A stretch of DNA of 64,000 nucleotides, from the NCBI GenBank assembly GCA_041913605.1, contig JAYSEY010000015.1, forward strand, positions 20,743 to 84,742, written 5' to 3'. Both the position numbers and the translations under genes were made by a program. Positions 28,758 through 39,749 of the stretch are shown piece by piece. The notes under the pieces were generated by a model that was not told the DNA's origin, ran no database searches, and saw only the letters and a list, made by a program, of their open reading frames with translations. The stretch is from Permianibacter sp. (GTDB taxonomy: Bacteria; Pseudomonadota; Gammaproteobacteria; Enterobacterales; Permianibacteraceae). Every line of letters begins with the position of its first letter. Position 1 is the first letter of the stretch.

Positions 28758-29027
28758 ATGAAAGTGAACATTTCCATCGACGGTACGCCGGATGAAGTGC
28801 GCGCCTTCTTTGGCTGGCCGCCGGTCGCGGCCGTGCACGAGGAATGGCTGAAGAAAATCCGCGAGCAGATGGCGGCGGGCGCACCGGGTTTTGATCCGGC
28901 CAGCCTGATGAAAGCGATGCCGGCCGCGGGCATGCCGCCGCAGATGAGCGAGCAGATGCAGCAGTTCATGACCATGCAGCAGGCGTTCTGGCAACAGATG
29001 GCCGCCGGCGATACCAAGAAGGATTGA
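28758..29027 (+). CDS. Small conserved protein, DUF6489-like
   Basis: MKVNISIDGTPDEVRAFFGWP N-terminus followed by a Met/Gln-rich helix; AGGAG RBS. Confidence 0.7.
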   Translation: MKVNISIDGTPDEVRAFFGWPPVAAVHEEWLKKIREQMAAGAPGFDPASLMKAMPAAGMPPQMSEQMQQFMTMQQAFWQQMAAGDTKKD

Positions 29028-29091
29028 GCGTCCAGGCTGTGCGGGTGCGCACGCGACATGCGTGCGTGGGCTGCGCCTGTGGAGGGCGACG

Positions 29092-30276
29092 ATGGGCGGA
29101 TACGCGACGCCGGACGGGGGCACTGCACCGGCCCTGCGGCTGGTCAGCATCGATCTGCTGCGCGGTCTGGTGATCGTGCTGATGGCGCTTGATCACGTGC
29201 GCGATTTTTTTGCTCCGACGCCGTACTGGCCGGACGATCTCTCGCAGACCTCAGCGGTGTGGTTTTTCACCCGCTGGATCACGCATTTCTGCGCGCCGGT
29301 ATTTGTTTTGCTGGCCGGCACGTCGGCGTTTTTGCGCGAGCAGAAAACCGGCAAAGCAGCATTGGCACGCTGGCTGGCCAGTCGCGGCCTGATGCTGATT
29401 GTCCTCGAAGTCACCGTGATCAGCCTGAGCTGGCAGTTCGCTTACGATTTTGTCTTCCTGCAAGTGATCTGGGCATTGGGCTGGAGCATGCTGATCCTCG
29501 CGGCGCTGATCCGGTTGCCGCTGGCCTGGATCGCGGCGCTGTCGCTGCTGCTGATCGGCACGCACAACCTGCTTGATCCCTTGCGTGCCGGGCAACTCGG
29601 CAGCTGGTGGCTGTTCGTGCACGAGTCCGGTTACATCACGCTGGCGGAAAACGGTTTCGGATTGTTTGTCGGTTATCCCTTGCTGCCGTGGTTTGCGGTG
29701 ATGGCGGCAGGTTATGTGCTGGGCAGGGTGTTCCTGATGCCATTCGCGCAACGCCAACGTTGCCTGCTGACGCTCGGCATCGTGCTGACGCTGCTGTTTG
29801 CGTTGCTGCGGGCCGGAAATTTCTATGGCGATGCCCAGCCCTGGGCAACGCATGAACGCGGTCCGTTGTTTACCTTCATGTCCTTTTTGGCCACCAGCAA
29901 ATATCCGCCGTCGCTGCTGTATCTGTGCATGACGCTGGGGCCGTCGCTGCTGCTGCTGGCCGTGTTCGAACGTTTGCCACAACTGCACTGGCGTCCGCTG
30001 ATCGATTTTGGTCGCACGCCGCTGTTTTTCTATCTGCTGCATATCCCGCTGATCCACGCGCTGAGCTGGCTGTGGTTCCAGTGGCAATACGACGGCGTGC
30101 AACCGTTCGTGTTTGCCGCCGAGCCACAGTATCCGCCCGGTTATGTCGCCAGTGTCGCGGTCTGTTATGGCGCCTGGGCGGGCGTGCTGGTGCTGATGCA
30201 TGTCGCCACCCGCATCTGGCTGCGCCGGCGCACAGCGCGCACCGGTTCAGCCGCGCGTCCGGGTGCACGCACATGA
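29092..30276 (+). CDS. DUF1624 / HGSNAT-domain membrane acyltransferase-like protein
   Basis: SIDLLRGLVIVLMALDHVRDFF, RWITHFCAPVFV, SKYPPSLLY. Confidence 0.88.
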   Translation: MGGYATPDGGTAPALRLVSIDLLRGLVIVLMALDHVRDFFAPTPYWPDDLSQTSAVWFFTRWITHFCAPVFVLLAGTSAFLREQKTGKAALARWLASRGLMLIVLEVTVISLSWQFAYDFVFLQVIWALGWSMLILAALIRLPLAWIAALSLLLIGTHNLLDPLRAGQLGSWWLFVHESGYITLAENGFGLFVGYPLLPWFAVMAAGYVLGRVFLMPFAQRQRCLLTLGIVLTLLFALLRAGNFYGDAQPWATHERGPLFTFMSFLATSKYPPSLLYLCMTLGPSLLLLAVFERLPQLHWRPLIDFGRTPLFFYLLHIPLIHALSWLWFQWQYDGVQPFVFAAEPQYPPGYVASVAVCYGAWAGVLVLMHVATRIWLRRRTARTGSAARPGART

Positions 30277-31013
30277 GCAGCGATCATTTTTCCAGCGTCG
30301 CCGCGGCCTATCGCGCTGCGCGTCCGGCCTATCCACAAACCCTCTACGACTGGCTGCGCAGCCAGTGTCCGGCGCAGGCGCGGGTCTGGGATGTCGGCTG
30401 CGGCAGCGGTCAGGCGAGCGTCGATCTGGCGCGTCATTTTGCGTTTGTCGAGGCGACGGACCTGAGCGCCGAACAACTGGCGCTGGCGCCGCCGCGCGCC
30501 AACATTCATTACCGGCAGGCGCCGGCAGAAGCCAGCGGGCTGGCCGACGACAGCGTCGATCTGGTGACGGTTGCGCAAGCGTTGCACTGGTTCGATTTGC
30601 CGGCCTTCTACCGCGAGCTGGCGCGCGTGCTGCGACCCGGCGGGCTGTTTGTGGCCTGGACCTACTCACCTATCCGTCTGCGTCCGCCAGCCTTGCAGAC
30701 AGTGCTCGCCGACTACTACCAGCGCGAAGCCGGACCGTGGTGGCCGCCCGGACGCGAACACGTCGACAACGGCTATCGCGATCTGCCGCAGCCCTGGCCG
30801 GCCCTGCCGGTGCCCGCGCTGGAACTGGAGCAGACCATGAGCCGCGCCGCGCTGCTCGACTACGTGCGCAGTTGGTCGGCCAGCGCCCGCTGCCTGAACG
30901 CGACCGGCGCCGACCCGGTGCTGAAGCTGGCGGCCGCGCTGGCGCCGTTATGGCCCTCCGGCGATGTGGCGGTGGTCTGGACGCTGACCCTGCGCGCCGC
31001 ACGCCGGCCCTGA
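30273..31013 (+). CDS. Class I SAM-dependent methyltransferase
   Basis: WDVGCGSGQA, DLVTVAQALHWFD; ATGA overlap with the upstream stop. Confidence 0.92.
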   Translation: MSSDHFSSVAAAYRAARPAYPQTLYDWLRSQCPAQARVWDVGCGSGQASVDLARHFAFVEATDLSAEQLALAPPRANIHYRQAPAEASGLADDSVDLVTVAQALHWFDLPAFYRELARVLRPGGLFVAWTYSPIRLRPPALQTVLADYYQREAGPWWPPGREHVDNGYRDLPQPWPALPVPALELEQTMSRAALLDYVRSWSASARCLNATGADPVLKLAAALAPLWPSGDVAVVWTLTLRAARRP

Positions 31014-31209
31014 ACACACGCCTCAGCCGGTGAATATCCCTGATGATCCGCATCCGGCCTTCAAGGATAATGCTGCCCCGCGTCACGGCTTGCGGCCGGT
31101 CAAGACCGCAAGGCTGAAAATATTTTGTAATTTCCCCGCGCCCGCCGCGTGGCGGTAGAACGCCGGCGCCGAAGTGTTTCGGCCGCCGCTACAGGACTCC
31201 GGAATCATC

Positions 31210-31986
31210 ATGGCTGCATTCGAAAAAGAACGCGTGCTCAGTGTCCATCACTGGAACGACACCCTGTTCAGCTTCAAAACCACGCGCGATCAATCGCTGC
31301 GGTTCGAGAACGGCCAGTTCGTGATGATCGGTCTGGAAGTCAACGGCCGGCCACTGCTGCGCGCCTATTCCATCGCCAGCGCCAACTACGAAGAAGAGCT
31401 GGAGTTCTTCTCCATCAAGGTGCCGGACGGTCCGCTGACGTCACGTCTGCAACACCTGAAAGTTGGCGACGAATTGCTGGTCGGCCGCAAACCCACCGGC
31501 ACCCTGCTGCTCGACGATCTGCGTCCCGGCAAACGCCTGTGGTTCCTCAGCACCGGCACCGGTCTGGCACCGTTCATGAGCCTGATAAAAGATCCGGCCG
31601 TGTACGAGCGCTATGAGAAAGTCATACTCATCCACGGTGTGCGCTGGACCAGCGAGCTCGCCTACGCCGACTACATCGAAAAAGAACTGCCCAACAACGA
31701 ATACTTCGGCGAAATGGTGCGCAACAAACTGGTGTACTACCCGACCGTTACCCGCGATCCGTTCCGCAACCAGGGCCGCCTCACCGACGGTCTGCTGAGC
31801 GGCAAGATTTTCGCCGATCTCGGCCTGCCGCCAATGAATCCCGACGACGACCGGGCCATGATCTGCGGTAGCCCGAGCATGCTCACCGACACCAGCAGGA
31901 TCCTCGACGGCTTCGGCCTGAAGATCTCGCCCGGCATCGGCGAGCCCGGCGACTACGTGATCGAGCGCGCGTTTGTCGAACGCTGA
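31210..31986 (+). CDS. fpr: Ferredoxin-NADP+ reductase
   Basis: RAYSIAS, GPLTSRL, TGTGLAPF, MICGSPSM, C-terminal ERAFVER. Confidence 0.97.
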   Translation: MAAFEKERVLSVHHWNDTLFSFKTTRDQSLRFENGQFVMIGLEVNGRPLLRAYSIASANYEEELEFFSIKVPDGPLTSRLQHLKVGDELLVGRKPTGTLLLDDLRPGKRLWFLSTGTGLAPFMSLIKDPAVYERYEKVILIHGVRWTSELAYADYIEKELPNNEYFGEMVRNKLVYYPTVTRDPFRNQGRLTDGLLSGKIFADLGLPPMNPDDDRAMICGSPSMLTDTSRILDGFGLKISPGIGEPGDYVIERAFVER

Positions 31987-32028
31987 GCACAACATCCGCA
32001 GGCCAGCCTTGCCGGTAAGGCTGGTCGG

Positions 32029-32170
32029 AAAAGAAAGCCCCGTTCGCCCTGAGCCCCGTCGAAGGGAACAAGGAACGGGGTTTTCTTTTTCTGCGAGTTG
32101 CTGCCTGTGCGCCGTTCCTGTCTTCGACAGTCCCGTCCCGAGCCTGACGAAGGGCGCAGGACGAACGGAA
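32029..32170. repeat. Cluster of two family-A REP-like hairpins
   Basis: ccgttcgccctgagccccgtcgaagggaacaaggaacgg (32040-32078) inside a larger hairpin; composite copy at 32112-32168. Confidence 0.8.
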
Positions 32171-32296
32171 ATCCTGTCGTTTCGCAGCGCTCAGCACGTC
32201 CAGCGAGCGGGCACGGCCGGCGTGCATTTTCCCAATAAATTTCCCCCGCGACGCGGTATCGTGAACGTCTCATCCCGCAGCACACGGATTGCGCAT

Positions 32297-32797
32297 ATGG
32301 CCATCACGTTCACGCCACTGACCCGCAACGATTACGCCATCGTCGCCGCACTCGGCCAGACCATCTGGCACCAGCACTACAGCCAGATCATCAGCCATGA
32401 GCAAATCGATTACATGCTCAAGGGCCGCTACACCGCCGAAAATCTCGAACGCTACCTGCAAGCCGACAGCAAGCGCCTGTATCTGGTGCGCGATGGCGAA
32501 ACGGCCATTGGCTATTTCAGCTACGCCCGGCAAAGCGATGCGGAAATGAAACTCGAACAACTCTATCTGCTCGCCGACTACCGCGGCCGCGGCATCGGTC
32601 GCGACATGCTCGCCTTCGTGGAAAACGCCGCGCGCCAACAGGTTTGCACGCGCCTCATGCTGACCGTGAACAAGCAAAATCGTGATTCAATACGGGTTTA
32701 CGAGAAAAACGGATTCAGCGTACGTGAAGAAGCGGTGTTTGATATTGGTAACGGGTATGTGATGGATGATTATGTGATGGAGAAACGTTTGGCGTAG
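32297..32797 (+). CDS. GNAT family N-acetyltransferase
   Basis: IWHQHYSQIIS-EQIDYML, LYLLADYRGRGIG, LTVNKQN...YEKNGF. Confidence 0.92.
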   Translation: MAITFTPLTRNDYAIVAALGQTIWHQHYSQIISHEQIDYMLKGRYTAENLERYLQADSKRLYLVRDGETAIGYFSYARQSDAEMKLEQLYLLADYRGRGIGRDMLAFVENAARQQVCTRLMLTVNKQNRDSIRVYEKNGFSVREEAVFDIGNGYVMDDYVMEKRLA

Positions 32798-32845
32798 TTT
32801 GCGGTCTATAGCCATTCCGTCAGAATTGGCCGACAAGGAGAGAAT

Positions 32846-33649
32846 ATGGTCGAGTACAAATGTACACCGGGGCATCGTGAATTCCTGTCCATGACAGATG
32901 CCGGAAATTTTCGGTCGTTCCGTTATCCCGGATATTGTGTTTGCTGTGAGCAACATGTCCTGTTTGAGGTGTCTGGTCCCTATCTGAGGGACACGTTACT
33001 GTGCGGTCATTGCCGGTCTATTCCCAGGGAGCGCGCAATCACTGAAGTTTTTACGCGTGTACTGAATCAGAGCGGGCCGGTTGCGGTGCATGAAACTTCA
33101 CCGGTAGACCGGGGCTTCAGCGCGTATTTGCAGCGCCATTATGGTGACAACTACATCGCCAGCCAGTTTTGGCCTGAGCGCGCGCTCGGCGAAATGTTCG
33201 GGACATTCAGAAACGAAAATATTGAGCATTTGACGTTTGCGGATCAATCAGTGGACGTTCATGTCTCGCAGGATGTCTTTGAGCACGTATTTGATCCTGG
33301 TGCGGCGGCCAGGGAGATATTCAGAACGCTTCGTCCGGGCGGATTTCATATCTTTACCACGCCACTGATCGCCCGGAGTGGCCCGACCCGCCGTCGGGCC
33401 AAAATCCACCATGGTCAAGTCGAGTTGATTGAACACCCGGCCGAGTATCACGGCAGCCCAGTCAGTGAGGAGGGGGCGCTGGTGACATTTCACTTCGGGC
33501 ATGACTTGCCGGCTCTAATCGATGCAGAGAGCGGTCTGCAGACCAGCTTGTTTTCGATTACAGATGTTGCAAAGGGAATCGTTGCTGACCTGAACGAAGT
33601 CATGGTGTCCTGGCGCCCGCATGATGGGCCACGAGCGCGGTTTCCCTAG
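32846..33649 (+). CDS. Low-GC methyltransferase-like protein with N-terminal Cys cluster
   Basis: CVCC...CGHCRSIPRERA, then NIEHLTFADQSVDVHVSQDVFEHV and LRPGGFHIFT (class I MTase C-half); start may be later (MTDAG). Confidence 0.75.
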   Translation: MVEYKCTPGHREFLSMTDAGNFRSFRYPGYCVCCEQHVLFEVSGPYLRDTLLCGHCRSIPRERAITEVFTRVLNQSGPVAVHETSPVDRGFSAYLQRHYGDNYIASQFWPERALGEMFGTFRNENIEHLTFADQSVDVHVSQDVFEHVFDPGAAAREIFRTLRPGGFHIFTTPLIARSGPTRRRAKIHHGQVELIEHPAEYHGSPVSEEGALVTFHFGHDLPALIDAESGLQTSLFSITDVAKGIVADLNEVMVSWRPHDGPRARFP

Positions 33650-33676
33650 CCCGAGGCGCGCACGCTGTTCAATGCG

Positions 33677-33721
33677 CAGCGCCGTAGGATGGGTAGAGGC
33701 GAATGCCGAAACCCATCGCTT
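33677..33721 (+). repeat. GTAG-family REP (family B), copy 1
   Basis: cagcgccGTAGgatgggtagaggcgaatgccgaaacccatcgctt. Confidence 0.9.
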
Positions 33722-33842
33722 TGTACCATTGTGAGTGTCGATTGCTGGTGAGACATCTCGTTTCGGTGAGCTTTGCTCAACCTGCCCGGCACCTCCAACT
33801 TGCAGCTATTCGCATGCAGCTGGCGATTTCTGGTGGCGAAAC

Positions 33843-34127
33843 TCAGAATCTACTGTCGTTTTCACATGGAATACCATCATGGTCGCCGTCCATTTTGGTG
33901 TTGGGGCAATTTCTTAGAAAGTACTCTGCCTCTGCTCTTGAATTCATCTGGCTGCAGTGTTGCCGGCCATCGCAAGAGAAGGTAATTGCCTGAGCCTGAA
34001 TTTCTTGTGTGGATGTCTGCGAAGACTGATGCGTATCAAACGCCGAAATTTTTTCGGCATTGCGGTGGGTCTGGAAATAGTTCCACGCCGCAAATGCAAT
34101 CAGTGCAATCAGTGCAAGCTTTTTCAT
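33843..34127 (-). CDS. Excalibur calcium-binding-domain exported protein
   Basis: FSCDGRQHCSQMNSRAEAEYFLRNCPNTKMDGDHDGIPCE; N-terminal TM segment; GGAGA RBS. Confidence 0.9.
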   Translation of the reverse strand: MKKLALIALIAFAAWNYFQTHRNAEKISAFDTHQSSQTSTQEIQAQAITFSCDGRQHCSQMNSRAEAEYFLRNCPNTKMDGDHDGIPCENDSRF

Positions 34128-34175
34128 GATTTCTCCGTTTCCTTTCGTATTGCTGTCCGCAGTTCTACTATGCCA

Positions 34176-34296
34176 CAGCGCCGTAGGATGGGTAGAGGCG
34201 AATGTCGAAACCCATCGCTTGATGATGGTGCAAGAGCGACTGCCGGGCAGCAACGCTTTACGCTGATGGGTTTCGCTGCGATCTACCCATCCTACG
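34176..34296. repeat. REPIN-like inverted doublet of GTAG REPs (family B)
   Basis: Forward copy 34176-34220 (1 mismatch to the 33677 copy); reverse copy gatgggtttcgctgcgatctacccatcctacg at 34265-34296. Confidence 0.9.
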
Positions 34297-34352
34297 CAAA
34301 TTTGCCGCCGGCCGTTCAGGTCCGGCGTGTTTTTCTGATCACGGTTACTCCG

Positions 34353-35681
34353 TCACAGTTCGGCGAACGCCTCGCGTGTCAGGTTTCGGTGTCCGCTTGC
34401 AGTGACGACGACGTTGTCTTCGATGCGGATGCCGCCGAAGGGACGCAGTTCGTCAACGCGCTTCCATTGCACCATGTTCGCCGCCGGTTTTGCTTTCAGT
34501 TCGTCCAGCAGCATGTCGATGATGTACAGACCCGGTTCGATGGTGAACACGAAGCCGGCGTCGATGTTGCGTGTCAGGCGCAGGTAGGGATGTGCGGCCG
34601 GGGGCGGGTTGCGGGTGCCCGTGGCGTCAAGGAAATGGCCGCCGATATCGTGCACCTGGATGCCGAGCAGGTGGCCGAGTCCGTGCGGGAAAAACGCCGA
34701 GGTGATGCCGGTTTCGATCAGGCTGTCGCTGCTGCCGCGCGCCAGATCAAATTGCTGGAGCAGATCGGCCGTGTCGCGATGACAGCGGACGTGCAAATCA
34801 ATATAGGACTGCCCGGGTTGAATGCTGGCGATCAGCGCACGCTGCTTTTCGTCGAGTGCCTGGATCAGATCGGCAAACAGGCCGGGATATTTGCTGTAGC
34901 TGCGCGTGATGTCAGCCGCGTAGCCGTTGCAGCTGGCGCCGGCGTCGATGAGAAAACTCAGTGAATCTTCCGGCGCCCGGACCTGCATTTCCGTGTAGTG
35001 CAGCACGGCGCCGTGTTCGTTGAGGCAGACGATATTGCCATACGGCAACTGGCTCTCCTGACTGCCGGTGGCGGCGACGTAAGCGTGATGTATGGCCAGT
35101 TCGCTGTGACCGGCAAGAAACGCATCACGTGCGGCGTTGTGGGCGCGCGCGGCGATGCGGTTTGCTTGCGCAATGCAGGCAATTTCGTAATCCGTTTTCC
35201 ACGCCCGCTGCCAGTGCAGCGGCGCCAGCAGCTCCTGCGGATTGACGCCGGCAAAGCCCCAGTTGTCGAAGCGCTCGCTCGATTCGCCAATCAACGCCGT
35301 GCGCGCCGCCAGGTTGAGCAGGGCCTTGGCTTCGTCAGGCGTGCGGATGATGCGGATATCGAAATGTTCGACCCAGAAACCTTGCGGATCTTCCGGCACG
35401 ACATGCCAGTAATCATGCGGCTGCAAAAACGCCAGCAGCGGTTTGCGGCCGTCGGCATGGATCAGCACAAAGCAGTGCGGGTGTGCCGTCAGCGGCAGCA
35501 GGTGGACGAAGTTTGGATTGGCCTTGAACGGGTAGTGGTAGTCGTCCTGGAACGTCACTTTCGGTGCGCCGGAGTGGATGGCGATCTGCTCGTAAGTGCT
35601 GGTCTTGAGCACGCCGGCAACGCGTGCGAGCACGGTGCGCAGATGGGCGGCGTAGTGTTGTGCGATCAGATCCTGGGTCAT
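34353..35681 (-). CDS. pepQ: Xaa-Pro dipeptidase (prolidase)
   Basis: DDYHYPFKANPNF, LIDAGA...ADITR, FPHGLGHLLGIQVHD, TIEPGLY, GGIRIED; divergent from fadBA. Confidence 0.96.
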   Translation of the reverse strand: MTQDLIAQHYAAHLRTVLARVAGVLKTSTYEQIAIHSGAPKVTFQDDYHYPFKANPNFVHLLPLTAHPHCFVLIHADGRKPLLAFLQPHDYWHVVPEDPQGFWVEHFDIRIIRTPDEAKALLNLAARTALIGESSERFDNWGFAGVNPQELLAPLHWQRAWKTDYEIACIAQANRIAARAHNAARDAFLAGHSELAIHHAYVAATGSQESQLPYGNIVCLNEHGAVLHYTEMQVRAPEDSLSFLIDAGASCNGYAADITRSYSKYPGLFADLIQALDEKQRALIASIQPGQSYIDLHVRCHRDTADLLQQFDLARGSSDSLIETGITSAFFPHGLGHLLGIQVHDIGGHFLDATGTRNPPPAAHPYLRLTRNIDAGFVFTIEPGLYIIDMLLDELKAKPAANMVQWKRVDELRPFGGIRIEDNVVVTASGHRNLTREAFAEL

Positions 35682-36010
35682 GAGCGTGTCCTGCAGTGGG
35701 GCAGACGGCGTGGTCGCCGTTTCAAGGCCGGTATTCTGCCTCAGCAGGGGCGGGCCCGGCATGGCGCGGCGGCATGTCGGGGAAGGGCGGGGCTGCGGAG
35801 AGAGGCAGCGGAGAGGGCCGCGGGATGGTTGTCCGGCTTGTCGTTGCCAGAGAAGCGCTGGAGCTGCCCTGATGGCGGCCCGTCGTGGCGGTACGGCCCG
35901 GCTTTCCAGAAGGCAGGACCGGCATTCGCCGGTTTGACCGCAAGCGGCGCTGGCGACCGGGCGCGCGGCCTATACTTGCCGCCCACCCCGGACTGTTCCC
36001 GTCCCCGCGC

Positions 36011-36040
36011 TTGCTAACTGGTCGGGCCAGCGCCTACCAT
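36011..36040 (+). promoter_or_regulatory. fadB promoter with a FadR-like operator in the spacer
   Basis: TTGCTA-N18-TACCAT overlapping AACTGGTCGGGCCAGCG (36016-36032); FadR consensus is AACTGGTCNGACCAGTT. Confidence 0.55.
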
Positions 36041-36107
36041 CGGGTTTTTCCGCAACGCGTCATGGCGTATAACGACGCTTCAATCTTCCCCGCAGGGAGT
36101 CACGCTC

Positions 36108-38255
36108 ATGCTGTTCCAAGGCAAGTCCATTACCTGCACGCTGCATGAAGGCGGTATCGCCGAACTGCAGTTCAATCTGCAGGATGAATCGGTCAACAAG
36201 TTCAATCGCCAGACGCTGGAAGAACTCGCCGCCGCCACCGCCGCGCTGAAGGCGGCGCCGGGCGTGCATGCCGCCGTGGTCACCAGCGGCAAGGACGTGT
36301 TCATCGTCGGCGCCGACATCACCGAATTCCTCGGCCTGTTCGCCCAGGGGCGCGACAAGCTGATCCAGTGGACGCGTGAAGCCAACAGCATCTTCACCGC
36401 CTTTGAAGATCTGCCATTTCCGACCGTCTGCGCCATCAACGGCATCTGCCTCGGCGGCGGCATGGAAATGGCGCTGGCCTGCGACTACCGCGTGCAGTCG
36501 GTGAAAGCGCAAATCGGCCTGCCGGAAGTCAAACTCGGCCTCATTCCCGGTTTTGGCGGCACCACGCGCCTGCCGCGCCTGATCGGCTCCGACAACGCGC
36601 TGGAATGGATCGCCAGCGGCGGCCAGCAGAAAGCCGATGCGGCGCTGAAAGTCGGCGCCGTCGATGCGGTGGCCGACGCCGAAAAATTGCGCGACGTGGC
36701 GTTTGCCATGGCCCGTGAAGCGGCGGCCGGAAAACTGAAATGGCAGGCCCGCCGCGCGCAGAAAACCGGCCCGCTGAAGCTCAACAAAATGGAAAGCCTG
36801 ATGGCGTTTTCCACCGCCAAAGCCTTTGTGGGCGGCAAGGCCGGTCCGAATTACCCGGCGCCGCTGGAAGCGGTCAGCGTGGTGGAAAAATCGGCGCGCC
36901 TGTCCCGTGACGACGCGCTGCTCATCGAGCACGAAGGCTTTGCCAATGTCGCGCTCAGCAGCCAGGCCGAAGCGCTGATCTCGATTTTCCTCAACGATCA
37001 AATCGTCAAGAAAGTGGCCAAAAAAGCCGCCAAGCTCGCCAGGCCGGTGAAATCGGCGGCGGTGCTCGGGGCAGGCATCATGGGCGGCGGTATTGCCTAT
37101 CAGTCGGCCAGCACCGGCACACCGGTGGTGATGAAAGACATCAAGCCCGAGCAACTCGATCTCGGCATGCGTGAAGCCAGCAAGATCCTGCTCAAGGGTA
37201 TCGAGATCGGCAAAGGCACGCCGGAGCAAATGGCGAAAACGCTGGCCGCGATCACGCCGACGCTGGACTACAGCGCCATCCGTCACGCCGATGTCGTGGT
37301 TGAAGCGGTGGTGGAAAATCCGAAAGTCAAAGACGCCGTGCTCTGCGAAACCGAGGGGCTGCTGCGCGACGACGCCATTCTCTGCTCCAACACCTCGACC
37401 ATTTCCATTGATTTGCTGGCGCAGAATCTCAAGCGTCCGGACAAATTCTGCGGCATGCATTTCTTCAATCCGGTGCACAGGATGCCGCTGGTGGAAGTGA
37501 TCCGCGGCAGCAAAACCTCAGATGAAACCATTGCCACGGTGGTGGCCTGGGCGAGTGCGATGGGCAAATCGCCGATCGTGGTCAACAACTGCCCCGGCTT
37601 TCTCGTCAACCGTGTCCTGTTCCCGTACTTCCACGGTTTCAGCCTGCTGCTGCGCGACGGCGCCGATTTTGTCGCCATCGACAAGCTGATGGAAAAATTC
37701 GGCTGGCCGATGGGCCCGGCCTATCTGCTCGATGTGGTGGGTCTGGATACCGCCGTGCACGCCGCCAACGTGATGGCCGACGGTTTCCCGGATCGCATGA
37801 AGAAAGATTTCACGGACGCTATCGACGTGCTCTACAAGGCCGGTCGTCTGGGCCAGAAGAACAGCAAGGGTTTTTACGCCTACAGCGAAGACAAGAAAGG
37901 CAAACCGAAGAAAGATGCCGATCCGCAAGTTTCGGAATTGCTCAAGGGTGCCGTGGCCAGCGGCCGCGAATTCGACAAGCAGGAGATCATCGATCGCATG
38001 ATGATTCCGATGGTCATCGAAACCGTGCGCTGCCTCGAAGAAAAAATTGTCGCGACAGCGGCCGAAGCCGACATGGGTCTGGTGTATGGCATCGGTTTCC
38101 CGCCTTTCCGTGGCGGCGCGCTCAAGTATCTCGACAGTGTCGGCATCGGCAATTTCATTGCCCGCTGCGAGCAGTTCGCCGCGCTGAGCAAGCTCTATGA
38201 GCCGACTGCCGGCATGCGCGACATGGCGGCAAAAAACGCCAGGTACCACGCATAA
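36108..38255 (+). CDS. fadB: Fatty-acid oxidation complex alpha subunit
   Basis: Crotonase domain ([16 protein letters not shown]) + 3-hydroxyacyl-CoA dehydrogenase ([17 protein letters not shown]). Confidence 0.98.
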   Translation: MLFQGKSITCTLHEGGIAELQFNLQDESVNKFNRQTLEELAAATAALKAAPGVHAAVVTSGKDVFIVGADITEFLGLFAQGRDKLIQWTREANSIFTAFEDLPFPTVCAINGICLGGGMEMALACDYRVQSVKAQIGLPEVKLGLIPGFGGTTRLPRLIGSDNALEWIASGGQQKADAALKVGAVDAVADAEKLRDVAFAMAREAAAGKLKWQARRAQKTGPLKLNKMESLMAFSTAKAFVGGKAGPNYPAPLEAVSVVEKSARLSRDDALLIEHEGFANVALSSQAEALISIFLNDQIVKKVAKKAAKLARPVKSAAVLGAGIMGGGIAYQSASTGTPVVMKDIKPEQLDLGMREASKILLKGIEIGKGTPEQMAKTLAAITPTLDYSAIRHADVVVEAVVENPKVKDAVLCETEGLLRDDAILCSNTSTISIDLLAQNLKRPDKFCGMHFFNPVHRMPLVEVIRGSKTSDETIATVVAWASAMGKSPIVVNNCPGFLVNRVLFPYFHGFSLLLRDGADFVAIDKLMEKFGWPMGPAYLLDVVGLDTAVHAANVMADGFPDRMKKDFTDAIDVLYKAGRLGQKNSKGFYAYSEDKKGKPKKDADPQVSELLKGAVASGREFDKQEIIDRMMIPMVIETVRCLEEKIVATAAEADMGLVYGIGFPPFRGGALKYLDSVGIGNFIARCEQFAALSKLYEPTAGMRDMAAKNARYHA

Positions 38256-38369
38256 CGCGCAAACGGCTAAACGAACGAATCGCAGCCCGGGTAGAGCACA
38301 GTGAGTCTCAACAGCGAACCCGGCAGCGAAACCCAACAGCGGAATGATGACCTCGGGTTGGTCGCGTGA

Positions 38370-39578
<1,209 letters not shown>

Positions 39579-39598
39579 GTGACAGCTGAAAGTCAGAC

Positions 39599-39626
39599 AG
39601 GGCGGTCCGCAGTGGCCGCCCTTTTT
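39599..39626 (+). terminator. fadBA terminator
   Basis: AGGGCGGTC-cgcagt-GGCCGCCCTTTTT. Confidence 0.75.
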
Positions 39627-39749
39627 GTTGGCCCGGCCTGTTGCTCTGACTTTTTGCTCGGTCTGCAGCCCGGTCTTGTTGCGCCGGCCACGCGCGGACG
39701 TTGGCTACACTTCGGTTGATTGCTCGTCCTTTTGCCCTCCGGACTGTTC

